The notes under the pieces were generated by a model. That model did not search any database and was not told the origin of the DNA. It was given only the letters and a program-made list of their open reading frames with translations. Of a stretch of DNA of 64,000 bases, positions 24,000 through 36,864 are shown piece by piece. The position numbers were made by a program, and so were the translations under genes. Numbering within the stretch: position 1 is the stretch's first letter; each line of letters opens with the position of its first letter. This stretch comes from Squalus acanthias (taxonomy: Eukaryota), in contig CM059432.1 in assembly GCA_030390025.1 (NCBI GenBank), positions 141,734,001 through 141,798,000 on the forward strand, given 5' to 3'.

Positions 24000-26775
24000 A
24001 TTGAGGACGTCTGAAGAATAGATTCAGAAGGCAGAACAGCAAAGCTGGAAATGGAAGACAGAAAATTAGTAAGTGAGTTTGGAAGGCAGAGGAAACAAAG
24101 GCTAGAAAATAGACAAAAGTTTGGCAGTGCTTAATGGTATATACTTCAATGCAAGGAGCCTAGTGAATAAGACAGATAAGCTGAGAGCACAGATCGACAT
24201 GTGGAAGCATAATATCATAGCTATTACTGAAACCTGGCTGAAAGAAGGGCAGGAATGGCAGCTCAATATTCCTGGTTACAGGGTTTTCAGACGAGATAGA
24301 GAGGAGGATAAAAAAGGAGGGGGGGGTCGCAATATTGGTTAAAGAATCAATTACAGCTGTGAGGAGGGAGGATATCTTAGAAGGATCATCAAAGGAGGTC
24401 ATACGGGTTGAACTGAAGAACAAAAAAAGGGGCAATCACATTGCTGGTAGTGTACTATAGACCCCCAAACAGTCAGAGGGAGATAGAAGAGCAAATATGT
24501 AGGCAAATTTGAGACGTGCAAAAACAATAGGGCAGTAATAGTAGGGGATTTCAACTACCCTAATATTAACTAGGAGAGAATCAATGTAAAAGATACAGAG
24601 GACACAGAATTCTTAAAATGCATTCAGGAGAACTTCTTTTTTAGCCAGTACATAGCAAGCCCAAGAGAGGGGGCGGTTCTCGACTTGGTTTTAGGGAATG
24701 AAGCTGGGCAGTGAGAGAGTATTTTGGTGATAGTGATCATAATTCAGTTAGATTTAGTGTAGTTATGGAAAAGGGCAAAGATAGACCAGGAGTAAAAGTT
24801 CTCAATTGGGGCAAGGCCAATTTTAATAAGCTGAGATGTGATTTAGCAAAAGTGAACTAGAAATAGCCACTTGAAGGTAAATCAGTGTCAGAACAGTGGG
24901 AGGCATTCAAGGAGGAGATAGTGAGGGTTCAGAGCAAATATGTTCCCACAAAGAAACAGGGTGGGACTCAAATCTCGAGCCCCCTGGATGTCAAGAAAGG
25001 AAAGCTTATGTCCGATAACGAGAGCTGAATACTGCAGAAAGCCTAGAAGAGTATAGAAAGTGCAGGGGTGAAATTAAAAAGGAAATTAGGAAAGCAAAGA
25101 GAAGTCATGAAAAAATATTGGCAAGTAAAATCAAAGAAAACCTAAAAATGTTTTATAAATACATAAAGAGCAAGAGGATAACTGAAGAAAGAGTAGGGCC
25201 TATCGAAGACCAAAAAGGTAACCTGTATGTGGAGGTGGAAGATGTGGGCACGGTTCTTAATGAATACTTTGGTCTGTCTTCACAAAAGAAAGGGACAATG
25301 CAGACATTGTAGTTAAGGCGGAGTGTGAAATATTAGATGAGATAAACATAGTGAGAGGAAATATTAAGGGGTTTAGCAACTTTGAAAGCAGATAAATCGC
25401 CAGGCTCGGATGAAATGTATCCCAGGCTGTTAAGAGATGAAATAGCGGAGGCTCTCGCCATCATTTTCCAATCCTCCCTGGCTACAGGTGTGGTGCTGGA
25501 GGACTGCTAACGTTGTATTGTTTAAAAAGGGAGAAAGGGATAGACCGAATAATTACAGGCCAGTCAGCCTAGCCTCGGTGGTGGGCAAATTATTGGAAAA
25601 AATTCTGAGGGGCAGTATTAATCATCATTTAGAAAGGTACAGATTAATCAAGGACCGTCAGCATGGATTTGTTATGGGAAGGTCCTGTCTCACTAACGTG
25701 ATTGAATTTTTTGAGGAGGGTTGATAAGGGTAGTGCGTTTAATGTAGTCTGCATGGATTTTAGCAAGGCTTTTGACAAGGTCCCAATGGGCTCAGTACTA
25801 GGTCCCTTGCTTTTCGTGGTATATATCAATGATTTAGACTTCAATGTAGGGGGCATAATTAAGAATTTTGCAGATAATACAAAAATTGGCAGTGTGGTTG
25901 ATCGTGAAGAAGAAAGCTGTAGATTGCAGGAAGATATCAGTGGACTGGTCAGGTGGGCAGAAAAGTGGCAAATGGAATTCAATCCAGAGAAGTGCGAGGT
26001 AATTCATTTGGGGAGGGCCAACAAGGCAAGGGAATACACAATAAATGGTAGGATACTGAAGTGTAGAGGAACAGAGGGACCTTGGAGTGCATGTCCACAG
26101 ATCCCTGACGGTAGCAGGACAGGTAGATATAAGGTGGTTAAGGAGGCATACAGGATACTTGCCTTTATTAGCCGAGGCATAGAATATAAAACCAGGGAGG
26201 TTATGCTTGAACTGTATAAGACACTAGTTAGGCCACAGCGAGAGTACTGTGTACAGTTCTTGCCACCACATTATGGGAAAGATGTGACTGCACTAGAGAG
26301 GGTACAGAGGAGATTTGCGAGGATGTTGCTAGGACTGGAGAATTTTTAGCTATGAGGAAAGATTGGATAGACTGGGGTTGTTTTCTTTGGAACAATTGTT
26401 TAATTGAGGTGTATAAAATTATGAGGGGCCTAGATAGAGTGGATAGGAAGGACCTATTTCCCTTAGCAGAAGGGTCAATAACCAGGGGACATAGATTTAA
26501 AGTAATTAGTAGAAAGATTAGAGGGGAGTTGAGGAAAACTATTTTCACCCAGAGGGTGGTGGGGGTCTGGAACTCACTGCCTGAAAGGGTAGTGGAGGCA
26601 GAAACCCACATCGCATTTGAAAAGTACCTGGATATGCACTAAGTGCCGTAACCTATAAGGTTACGGACCAAGAGCTGAAAAGTGGGATTAGGCTGGATAG
26701 CTCTTTTTTGGCCGGCACGGACACGATGGGCCAAATGCCGCCATCCTGTGCAGTAAATTTCTATGATTCTATCAT
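24000..26775 (+). mobile_element. CR1 LINE, most of ORF2 with internal deletions and 3' tail
   Basis: [57 protein letters not shown]; tail TTCTATGATTCTAT. Confidence 0.92.
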
Positions 26776-26911
26776 TTCTATACAGGCCAAGACGCCACCT
26801 TCAATTTTGGTCATCATGCAGGAAAGGACCGTTGAGGGTGATCGAGCTATTTGTGGAGGCTAGCTCCCTCAGTTCATATAAGTGTCAAATTATTTTAGCA
26901 TGCAGAACAGA

Positions 26912-26995
26912 GGGGGGGTAATTTTAACATAATCTGCCCAGTGGGAAACTGACTGGATCGGATTGGCCCTAGTTTTACACACCGCCTGATTTTCT
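26912..26995. mobile_element. Half copy of the hairpin MITE seen at 53584-53734
   Basis: GGGGTAATTTTAAC...TGGATCGG...GTTTTACAC..CGCC resembles the left arm of the MITE. Confidence 0.4.
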
Positions 26996-27843
26996 GAGAT
27001 TTGCAAATTCTGGATGCAACCAAATGGCTTTAGAGCGTTGGGCAGTTGCTGATGGGTCTCAGCCGGCCATTCTTCAAAATAGGCTAAACATTATGTTGCA
27101 GGCTGGTAGCTTTTGATGGTCTCTTGTTCACGGAAGTGAGGGAAGGGTGAACTGCATGTTCCTTTATACAGTTACTGCTTTGCCTTTATGCAGTCCCCTC
27201 ACTCCCTTTTGATCTGGAAATTACAGGGGTAATAACGGTTATGTGTGAATGTTACCAATTACCTCAGTGAATTGCAAATCTAATCCACTTGAGGGAATTA
27301 GATAGCTTGGACCTTGAAATCAAAGCCTGAGGGAGAAAAAAGCTGGCACTGACACGGTGGTCCAAATTCTTGTACTGTGTCCACTTGAATGGTGGAAAAA
27401 CTTGTGGCAATACAATTGTGTTACAGATTTTATTCTTTCAAACTTGATTTCTATCTGGAGAGTGTAACTTGAACTGTCGAAGTATTGATGATTACAGATC
27501 TATCGCTACTGGTGGTAGGGGAAGCAGTTTTTCTGAACTAATTTGTCTCTGTCCTTAACTTTAAACACACATCTGTCATAGACATTATTGCGAATTTCTG
27601 TTCTTAATTGAGAACGGTGGAGATTACTGTTGGAGCAAGTTCAAGATGTTTGCAATGGTAATGGAGTAACCTGGAAATGTGTATTCAGGCAAATATTACA
27701 CAAATTAAAGTGTAGAATTCTTGAACTCTGGCAAAAGAACCAAAACATCTGTAGGCACTTGGCCCTGTTTCCTAATGTAGGTTTACAGTTTTACATCTTG
27801 CAGACTTGTTTAAAGGTGTTTTCCCCCGCCTTTTTTGTTGCAG

Positions 27844-27985
27844 ATATCTGGAGCCTGGGTGTTATACTTTTCATGTTGGTATGTGGCCAACCTCCATTTC
27901 AAGAGGCAAACGACAGCGAGACTCTTACCATGATCATGGACTGCAAATATACAGTGCCGTCCCGTGTCTCCAAAGAATGCAAGGA
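27844..27985 (+). CDS. SNRK: SNRK coding exon 2 (kinase C-lobe)
   Basis: Acceptor TTTTTTGTTGCAG|AT; (D)[46 protein letters not shown]; donor GA|GTAAGT; 142 nt, phases match. Confidence 0.97.
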
Positions 27986-29428
27986 GTAAGTGGAAACGGC
28001 ATTACTGTCAATTTTGCGTTTTCATACTGGCTATTTCTGTTCAATCTTTAATACTTCTAGGTAATGTAAATGTATTTAAAAATAAGGTTTTGTATTAACT
28101 TTACAACACATTAAGTATGTATAAGCTGCATAAAGGTTCCAAGATGGTAATTTAAGGGAAAATAAGACTGCCTGATGTCAACTGGATGTGACTCATGCTA
28201 TCTCTTCATAAACTTTATGCCCCATTTATATATAGGACCTTGGATTCACATACAAGTTTGGACAAATCTATCCATTTTATATAGTAATCTGTAAGTTTCT
28301 AATCCCCAAGTGGGGCAGACGTGTCACAAGTCTTGATCTGAACCTGGGCTGGAGGCTAATTTGAAGATGTCTGGAGTGAAGATGTGGGAGATGACTCCTA
28401 CATTCTGTACACGCAGGCCACTGCTTTTGCCCTTCCATGCAGTTACCCCCTTTTGCCTGATGCCCAAACACTAGCAAGAGAAACTTGAAATAAAATGTTT
28501 CTGTTCAAGTGCAATGTTTATTTGTCAGTGGTGAGTGTAAGGTTGGGGCCTCGGCATAAACAGCCAGCCATCCACATTAGGAGAGGAAAAGCAGACTTTT
28601 TAAATAAGACGTCAAGGCTATAATTTAAAGAAATGGGTCACATGCAGCGCTAAGCAGAATCTTCAAGGTTTAAACTGAAATTGGTAAATGTTTAAATGTA
28701 AATTATTTTCATTTTGAGATCAATACATTTGTCATTTCGCTGTTAACATTTAAACAATTGCTAAATTGAAGCATGCAAGATCTTTTGGAAGCATGAGTAA
28801 TATCTAAGATTGCCCCGATATGTCCTATTTCACCAGTTTTAAATCGGTTTCCTGCATTCTAATGGTGCGGGCAATGGGGAAGTCCCAACATTGCCTTGTC
28901 ATCGCACTTCAGCAAAGCTTGAGGCGTGTCTTCCTTTGTTAATGTATTTTAAAAAGCTGTTTCCTCTAGCCCCAAAAATGATTTGCAATAACACTTTTAT
29001 CTTTTTCTTGTGATCTGTCCTCATCAGAATCTTGAGTTTAGTTGGAAAATTCCATTTTTAATCGGTCCTAAAATTAGTATTTTCTGTTCAGTGATATTCC
29101 AGTGATATAACTGGTGCATCAAGTTTACCATGTTTAATAAAGTGCTAGATTCATCAAACTGGGTCCTTTTACTCAGTGCTCTTTCCTTGTCCTGCTCCTC
29201 TATCGAGTTTAATTTTACTGTGAGTTTGGGCTATCTTTTTGTATTAATTCCATAAAGGGGATTTTTCTGAGCACTCCTCGCATCTAGTTCTATTTTTCAA
29301 GCCCAACTACAGTGCTGCTAAAGGTTTGGGTATTCCCATTCCCTCAGTTGAGTCATAAAAGGCAATGATTCTCAACTGTTTCAGAACACACAACTTAAAA
29401 ACAGACATTTTTTATGATTTTCCAACAG

Positions 29429-29641
29429 TCTTATTAATCGGATGCTGCAGAGAGATCCGAAGCGAAGAGCTTCGCTGGAAGAGATCGAGAACCACCCCTG
29501 GCTACTAGGAATTGACCCCTCGCCTGCAACCAAGTGCAATATACCCCTTGTCTCTTACAAGAATCTCTCAGAGGAAGAGCACAATGGCATTATCCAGCGC
29601 ATGGTGCTTGGTGACATAGCAGACCGAGAAACCATTATTGA
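29429..29641 (+). CDS. SNRK: SNRK coding exon 3 (end of kinase domain, start of UBA domain)
   Basis: Acceptor [37 protein letters not shown]...[17 protein letters not shown]; donor GA|GTAAGT; 213 nt. Confidence 0.97.
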
Positions 29642-31533
29642 GTAAGTGTAGAGAAAGCCAGGTGCACAAGAAGCAAGTCTGTATCAATACTGGCTTTGTT
29701 TTCTGGAGGGTATTGTGGACACGTTGTTTACAATACTTGTACTGTCTAATTTTTGGCATTGATGTGTTTTAACACTTGCATCGCACAACTCCAGTTTGAG
29801 TTGCATATTTTTTTCTGAAAACTACCTGTTTAATTAGACTTTGATTAAAAGGTATTGAGATGTCAGTCACAGCCAAAATGTACTTAATTGCAGTGTGTCG
29901 AAAATATTCTTATAGGGACATGTGAAATTGTGGGTGGGCATGTTAGAAATTGTGCCACTGTAACCATTTTAACAGTAAGACTTTAATTGCTGGCATTCAC
30001 CATTGAATAGAGGTGAGGAAATAGAAGTAGAGGGGACTATAGAGAGTCATAAAAATATAATGTTGGGTGGAGAAGGGAAACTTCACTGACTTTCTAAAAT
30101 TGTGATCAACTTTCAAATCTGCAATTGAAAAGTTGTTAGCCTCCATCGAATATCCTTTACTGATTGTCTGTACACTACACATTTCTGCAACGCCGATTTA
30201 ATTAGTAAGTCAGCTTATTCGTGACTGAGATGAGGGCAAATTAGTTGGTAGAGGTGTCTCTTGGCTCTCCCACTTTCCCCAGAAATAAGAGTTGGTTTTA
30301 TTTCAAATGCAGTGGTTGCAAGTAAAATAAATAAATGAAAAAATATGTTTGTGTTTAGTAGATCTCTTGTGGCACGGTTCAAAGGTAAGTGGGGGAACCT
30401 AAAAGTTTTATAACAGGTATTATACTATGTAATGTACTACAACATTATGCTGCTACAGGGAAGCTGTCCCTTGAAGGCGAAAGTCTTAATTTTGAAGTAT
30501 ACACTGGCTGAGATCACTGAGCTTAATTATTTGGTCAGGAATCTTTGCAATTTGGAATGTGCTTGTTGGGTTCAAGCTGAAGCCTAGAAGCCGCCTTTTA
30601 AGATTATTTTGCATTTGTAACAAAATGTCATGTCTAGAATATTAAATCTGTGGACAGACACAATGCTGTATAAAAACACTACATTTAGTCCACATTTTCT
30701 CCCATCACACTGTAGATGTCACATTTTGTTACAGATGGAGAGCAATCTTCAGAAAAGAGAAAGGAACCCCATCACTTAACGCTGGGCACTTCTGACCTGA
30801 AGCCTGAAACCTTTCAGCTTTTTCAATCGGCACAGTTGCCTCATGGGACAACAATTAAACTCTGATTAACCTTGGAGTCTGTTTAATTAACAACAATTGC
30901 ACTTTGAGGCCTTAGAGACATGCCTCCACCTGAGCGGAATAACACATTCTGCATTACATGGAATAACAGCCCTGTCCTGAAAAACAGCACATCATCATCT
31001 GACTTGGTGTAAGCAACACCATGGGAGATTCGCTAGTATAAAGAACGCTCGTTCTCTGGTAAACTTGACACAAACGTACGATAAAAACTCTGCCTCTTTA
31101 TGGCATTTCTCTGGCACATTTAAAAGCGTATTGCTGGTGGTGGAAAGGTTTTGTTCATGTATAGCATTACATTAGTGCCTAATTTGCTATAATTCTGGCT
31201 GTAGTTTGTAGGGTATAAATGAGTCTGAATTCAAGATACAGTGATACTATTCAATTTTGAGCAAAATTGCACTTTACGTGATGGATTACTGGGAGCTGGT
31301 GCCAGTTCATACGCAAATAGGATAAAATTTATATAAGTAAGCAAGAGTCATCTGTGGAATTAATGTACAGTAATTATTACTTGTTACAGGGCATTCCAAA
31401 CAAGTAGCAGCCTTTTGCAACCTGTATCACATTTATTTGTCACAAAGGGTGTGCACAAAATGTTTATTACAAATATATAGTTTTCTAATTGGCTGCTGAT
31501 GGGAGCTTTTTGCTGCTTGCTTATGTTTTTAAG

Positions 31534-31668
31534 GGCGCTGGAAAGTAATAAGTACAATCACATCACTGCCACTTACTTTTTGCTGGCTGAGAGGATCTTG
31601 AAGGAAAAACAGGAGAAAGAAGTCAAGAACCGATCTGCCAGTCCAAGCCATATCAAAGCTCAGTTCAG
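31534..31668 (+). CDS. SNRK: SNRK coding exon 4 (UBA domain end)
   Basis: Not in the ORF track; acceptor [58 protein letters not shown]; donor AG|GTAAGG; 135 nt, phases match. Confidence 0.96.
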
Positions 31669-31875
31669 GTAAGGACAGACAGAGACTGTAGAATGATGGT
31701 TAATATGGGCATTGTAGCGGAGGTGATGCACACCTTCAAACAAATTTCTTTTATTTTGACTCCAACATAAATGTGCACTGCTTGTGATTGCCGGACCTGC
31801 CATTCTCACTGGGTTGCAGGAGACAATGTTGTACCTAGTTTGTCAACAATGCTGCAAGCAGCTGATATGCTGAAA

Positions 31876-31878
<3 letters not shown>

Positions 31879-31910
<32 letters not shown>

Positions 31911-31921
31911 GCACACGCACA

Positions 31922-31952
<31 letters not shown>
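31879..31952. repeat. Compound (CT)n-(CA)n microsatellite
   Basis: Read directly from sequence. Confidence 0.95.
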
Positions 31953-32771
31953 TGATTAAAACTGCTGCAGTATTGCAAAATTCAGTAATCAAAATATTCC
32001 ACCAGGTTATATTTGGTGTGTTTTACTGCAGCTATTTATGTGTTTGTGATGAGCAAAGTATTCTCTGTATTTTTTTTGTTTGGATTTAGCCACATGGACA
32101 ATGTTACTTTTTTTGATTGAACACCCTCGCACTGCTCCAGTGTGTGTATAATTAATTCCCTTTGAGGGGGTTGGCAGTCTTGGTGAAACTGCCTCCTGTG
32201 GCTGCCCACAAGATACGTATCTGCTTGGGAGCCTGTCCCAAAGCAGTCATTACAAAGTCTAGGACTGGCAAGGTGGACCGCAGTGGTCTATATTCCCATA
32301 TCTGATGCATTTAATTCTAGGACATCCGGATGTTGCACAGAGGTGTTTGGACCAGCCTATTCCTATTTCCAGGCTTAGTTTAGAGTAAGGAGTTTCTTTG
32401 TAAGAACTAAAGATACTTTTCTACTGTAGGGTCACTGGATTCATGGGGAAGGAAAGTTTGAGTAGTCAGTTTTCACCTGAGGAATCCTTTTCTCCATGAG
32501 TGCTTATCTCCCTGCTTCTAGAATCTTGAGTGAACTGCTCTGCCAACCCACTTCCCTGCAAGTAAAGGTATATGAGCTCTTGAATCTGAGATTAAACAAT
32601 CTGCAGAAATGACTAGGGTATAAATCTTAGACCCCTTGCGTTAACTAAGTGTTGTTTTAAAGCTAGATAGAGCTAGAGATGTGCATTTTGAATACAGAGT
32701 GCTTGAGGGAGGAATACGTCGATACATTAAGATTTCTTAGGATGGTTGCTCGTGTCTGGTTAAGTGCTTGT

Positions 32772-33228
32772 TTGGCTCAGGGATGGCTTTCTCGCCTCCT
32801 AAGTCAGTAGATTGAGAGTTCAAGCCCCCACCGCAGGACTTGAGCACATAATTTAGGCTGGCATTTCAGTGCAGTACTGAGGGAGCGCTGTGCTGTCGGA
32901 GGTGCCATCTTTCAGATGAGATATTAAACTGTGACCCTGTCTGCCTTATTCGTGGGAAAGTAAAATAGGCCAGGGCACTATTTGCAGTGGAGCCAGGGAT
33001 GTTCTTCCAGTATCCTGGCCAACATCTATCCCTCAACCAACACCACCAAAACAGATTAACTGGTCATCTATCTCATTTGCTGTCAGTGGGACCTTGTGCA
33101 AAAATTCATAATTTTGGATTGTTCAAGCATAGAAACTGAGCAGAACGGCCTCGTTCTGTGACCGTGAAGGGCTTTGGGGCGCCTGAGGATGTGAAAGGCA
33201 CTATAAAGATACAACTTCTTTCTTTCTT
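32772..33228 (+). mobile_element. Deu-type SINE, near full length, diverged
   Basis: TGGCTCAG A-box-like and GTTCAAGCCC B-box head, shared core, tail GTGAAAGGCACTATAAAGATACAACTTCTTTCTTTC. Confidence 0.85.
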
Positions 33229-33299
33229 AAGAAGGTTTTGTGTTCGGTCTCTGGGTTTAGATGCAAGGAGGTTCTAACTATTTTCCCCCATGGTAGGGG

Positions 33300-33950
33300 A
33301 TCAGTGTCCTTGCTTGTCTTTGGGATGGGTCACTGTTGCTGGTTTGCTTTGGGGCGGGTGGACTGAACAGGACAGGTGTATCGTTGCACTGAGTAAGGCA
33401 GGAAGAACGGGCCTGATATTTCTCCAATTCCAGTAGGACGTTGGATATCAGGCGTTCAGGTTGGCTTATGTCCCACAGGCGCTTCAGCCACGTGTTTCTT
33501 ATGGGGAGGGTTGTACTCTGCCACAGTAGAAGGATGTACCTTCTCGCAGCTGGCAGCAAGAGATGTGCTAGCCTATGTGCTGCACAGGCCCCGTGCTTTC
33601 CACAGAGTCGTCACGGCAGGCCTCTGAAACTGAGGCTGGTCCTTGTGAACACCTAAACGTGATGCTTGAGCATGCCAAATTTTGCTTGGGTGCACAAAAA
33701 GCAAGGTACGGGGCAACTGTACTGTATCTCTTGTATTATGCAGAACAAGATAGATGAGCCAGTAAAGCAACAAATCTAAGCATGGCAATTCCATGGGTAA
33801 ACACACACTGGTGCCAATTTGTGCCAAAGAAACACTGGCAACACCCAGTGCTAAGGCCTTGATGCCAGAGACTTGCATTAAGTCTGAGGGTTTGCCGAAG
33901 CCTCAATCTGCTGGCCAGAGTTGAACCTATCCTCTGGAGGACAGACTATA
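33300..33950 (-). mobile_element. Degenerate L1-clade ORF2 C-terminal fragment
   Basis: AARRYILLLWQSTTLP...WLKRLW..ERL resembles the recalled ARR.IL..WK...P...W motif of fish-type L1 ORF2 C-termini. Confidence 0.4.
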
Positions 33951-34049
33951 TCGGGCAGTTTTCACAGTCGCATTTTATATTCCATGATCACAGAGATACA
34001 AACTAATAAGTGCAAATTATGGTGGTCTTGTTGGAGTAAGATAGATTAT

Positions 34050-34500
34050 GGAATGGAAAAGGTAAATCTGGAATACTACTTTAAAATAAATTGAGTGTAC
34101 TGTGGAAGAGCAGAGGGATTTGTGGGTACATGTTCACAGGACATTAACGGCAGCATCTCAGGTCAGTAAGGCTGTATAAAAAAAAAAGCTGCTGAAATTT
34201 TGGGTTTTATCACGAGGTATAGAATATAAAAGCCAATAGGTAATGTTAAGCCTATATAAAACCTTAAGACTTCAGTTGGAACCGGAGGGTGGGGTATTAG
34301 CTCATACCAGGCAACATCCTGATGACTCTGTGCTGTACCCTCTCTAAAGCCTCAATATCCTTCCTGTAGTGTGGAGCCCAATACTACATACAGTACCCTA
34401 ACTCAGGTTTTCTTTATTTTTGTAAAAAGTCCCTACAATTTGCATCTATATATCTCCAAAACAAACTATCGCAGGCTTTTGTATGAAGCAGTGTCAAATT
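34050..34500. mobile_element. Old CR1 fragments (+ then -)
   Basis: EEQRDL.VHVH, GFI..GIEYKS on +; CTGTACCCTCTCTAAAGCCTCAATATCCTTCCTGTAG on -. Confidence 0.6.
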
Positions 34501-35666
34501 GCAATGTAATTTCCCTTGAAACTGTACAGCTAGGCTATGCTCCTACAGTGATGAATGAAGACCCTCCCAGGTAGGTAATCTATATTGGCCAATTCTACAG
34601 GTTTAAACTAGATGACTTGAACATTTGCCTGTCCAGCTTCTAATCAGCTTACTTATCACATAAGTAAGGGTTTTCTGACACCTGCTTGATGCGTGAGGTG
34701 GCGTTTGTTTCAGAACTTCATACTGTAATAGTTCTGTAAGGTTTGCAAATGTTAATGAGATTCTTTGTTCATTCAAATTATTGGTATCATGGCCTCAGTT
34801 TCTCCAGTACAAGACAGTGGGCCAAGTCATGTATTTTCTTGGGCTGAAAGATGGTCTTGTTTCTCACAGACGCATGCCGACATTTTTTCTGGGGGGTTTG
34901 GTACGTATCTCATTAAAGATTGTTCAGTGACACACCCACCACATCTCACTGAGCCTTCTGATTTGGCCTATAACTCTCTCCACTACTCATCATTTGTGAA
35001 AACACTAATTCAAGAATCTACTCCCTTGTACCAGCACGCAAAATGACCTGCGTACTAGTCACCCAGTTGAAGCAACAGCACCATAATTATGGCATCAATT
35101 CCAGTCACAATGCTTGCCCAGCTTCATCTGTCAGGTATTATCACCACAACAGATCAAGTTAAGACTTGAATGATTTTCTCATGATTGGGTAAGTTAGTCA
35201 CACCCTGTGCCACCACCCAAAGGGACTGGTTATTATGCCAAGTGACAAACGTTTTGCATGCTCAGGCTGGAGAAGTAAGGAGTTTTTGACACCACTCTAC
35301 AGTGCCCGGATTTTGACCTGTCGGAGTATGAAAGACTTGGTTAACTTTTTGGAAAGAGAAGTTGAAGGAAGTCACAATCTCGGCTTTGTTACAGTAGATG
35401 TACATCTGCACTAATTGAATTGATTCTCCTTTGCAATTCAGGAATTGTATAAGTACTATTCCTTTAGCATAGTATATACTCGTGTTGTTTTTATCACTTT
35501 GCAAAGGATTATTTCTTAGCCCAGCATAAACAATTCTGTGCATTATTAAATAGCTGAAATGTAAATTCAAATTTAAGTTCAGTACTGTAAAGGATCGTAG
35601 GAAATGAAAACATGGGTGACTAAAGCTCTTTTTTTCCCCTTTCTCCTTTTTTGTTTTCAAATCTAG

Positions 35667-36864
35667 GCAATCCTGGCCTACAAAAATTGATGTGGCCAAG
35701 GATATCGAAGACATCACAACATCACCCATCATCCATCCTGTGTCTCTTCCTGGCGTCTGTTCACCAGCCCGCACTGCAGAGTCCATTATTAATGGGCACC
35801 GAATGAAATCTGGTGAGCCTGCAAAGAAAGAAGAGTCGTCGACAATTGGGACAGGTGGAAAGCCTGGTGCAAGCAATAGGACTTGTCTGTTCAGAGTGGA
35901 GGAGGATGAGGAGGACGATGACGACGACAAAAAAGCAATTCCTCTTCCCACTCAAGTGGTTTTGCGACGTAAACCTTCCATAACAAACCGGCTTACTACC
36001 AGGAAGAGTGCTCCTGTCCTCAATCAGATCTTTGAGGAAGGGGAGTCGGATGATGACTTTGACATGGATGAAAACCTGCCCCCTAAACTCAGTCGACTAA
36101 AGATGAACATAGCTTCTCCGAGCACTGTGCACAAACGGTACCATAAAAGGAAAAGTCAAGGGCGAGGCTCAAGTTGCAGCAGCTCAGAAACCAGTGATGA
36201 CGATTCGGAAAGCCGCAGGCTTCTAGACAAAGATGGTGGCTTCACTTACTCTTGGCACCGCCGTGACAGTAGCGAGGGGCCTCCAGGAAGTGGAGGAGAC
36301 GGAAGTGGGCAGGGCAAACCGAGTGATGGGAATGCTGGCCTCGATAAGAGCAGCCCAAGTGATGGCAACAAAGGTGGGAGCAGCCCTTCCAGCGACTCCA
36401 ATGGGAGCACCAACAACACGGGAACAACAACTCGCAGCTGTGCAGCCCAGGGAAATTCCTCCCAGTCGTCCAGAGCTGCGGAGGATTTGGTGGAGAGCCT
36501 GAAGCTCATGAGCCTTTGCCTGGGGTCGCAACTGCACGGTGGCAACGGTAGCAGATACATCATTGAGCCAAACGGCACAACTTCCGGTATCCGAATACAT
36601 GAGAAATCAGCCTGGAAAATGTGCATCACTTCGAGCAATATTGTAGAGCGAACCTCTCCCTCCGGCAGCAGCAAGTCCTATTCTGACCAAATGGCTGACC
36701 TGCTGAATGAGCTTGAAATGTCAAAAGAGAACAACATGAACTTGAAGAACAATGTTCTACAGCTACCTCTCTGCGAGAAAACGATTTCTGTGAATATTCA
36801 GCGGAGCCCCAAGGACGGGCTGCTGTGTACCTCCAGTCAGACCAGCTGCTGTCAAGTTATTTAA
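35667..36864 (+). CDS. SNRK: SNRK coding exon 5 (terminal; low-complexity C-terminal tail ending CCQVI)
   Basis: Acceptor TTTTTTGTTTTCAAATCTAG|G; QSWPTKIDV..CLFRVEEDEE..RKSAPVLNQIFEEGESDDDFDMDENLPPKLSRLKMNIASP..LVESLKLMSLCLGSQLH..LQLPLCEKTISVNIQR; TAA at 36862-36864; total CDS 2277 nt = 758 aa. Confidence 0.97.

Noticed and set aside
30840..30990. Cluster of ACAACAATT and GGAATA motifs as an intronic enhancer
   Set aside because: Short motifs in AT-rich DNA; cannot be supported without conservation or chromatin data
32772..32835. tRNA-like A/B boxes as tRNA genes (also at other SINE heads)
   Set aside because: They are SINE heads continuous with the SINE core; no complete cloverleaf
35262..35951. 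229-aa antisense ORF (and other overlapping ORFs) over the SNRK last exon
   Set aside because: Shadow frames of a low-complexity coding exon running into intron; no recognisable motifs or splice support
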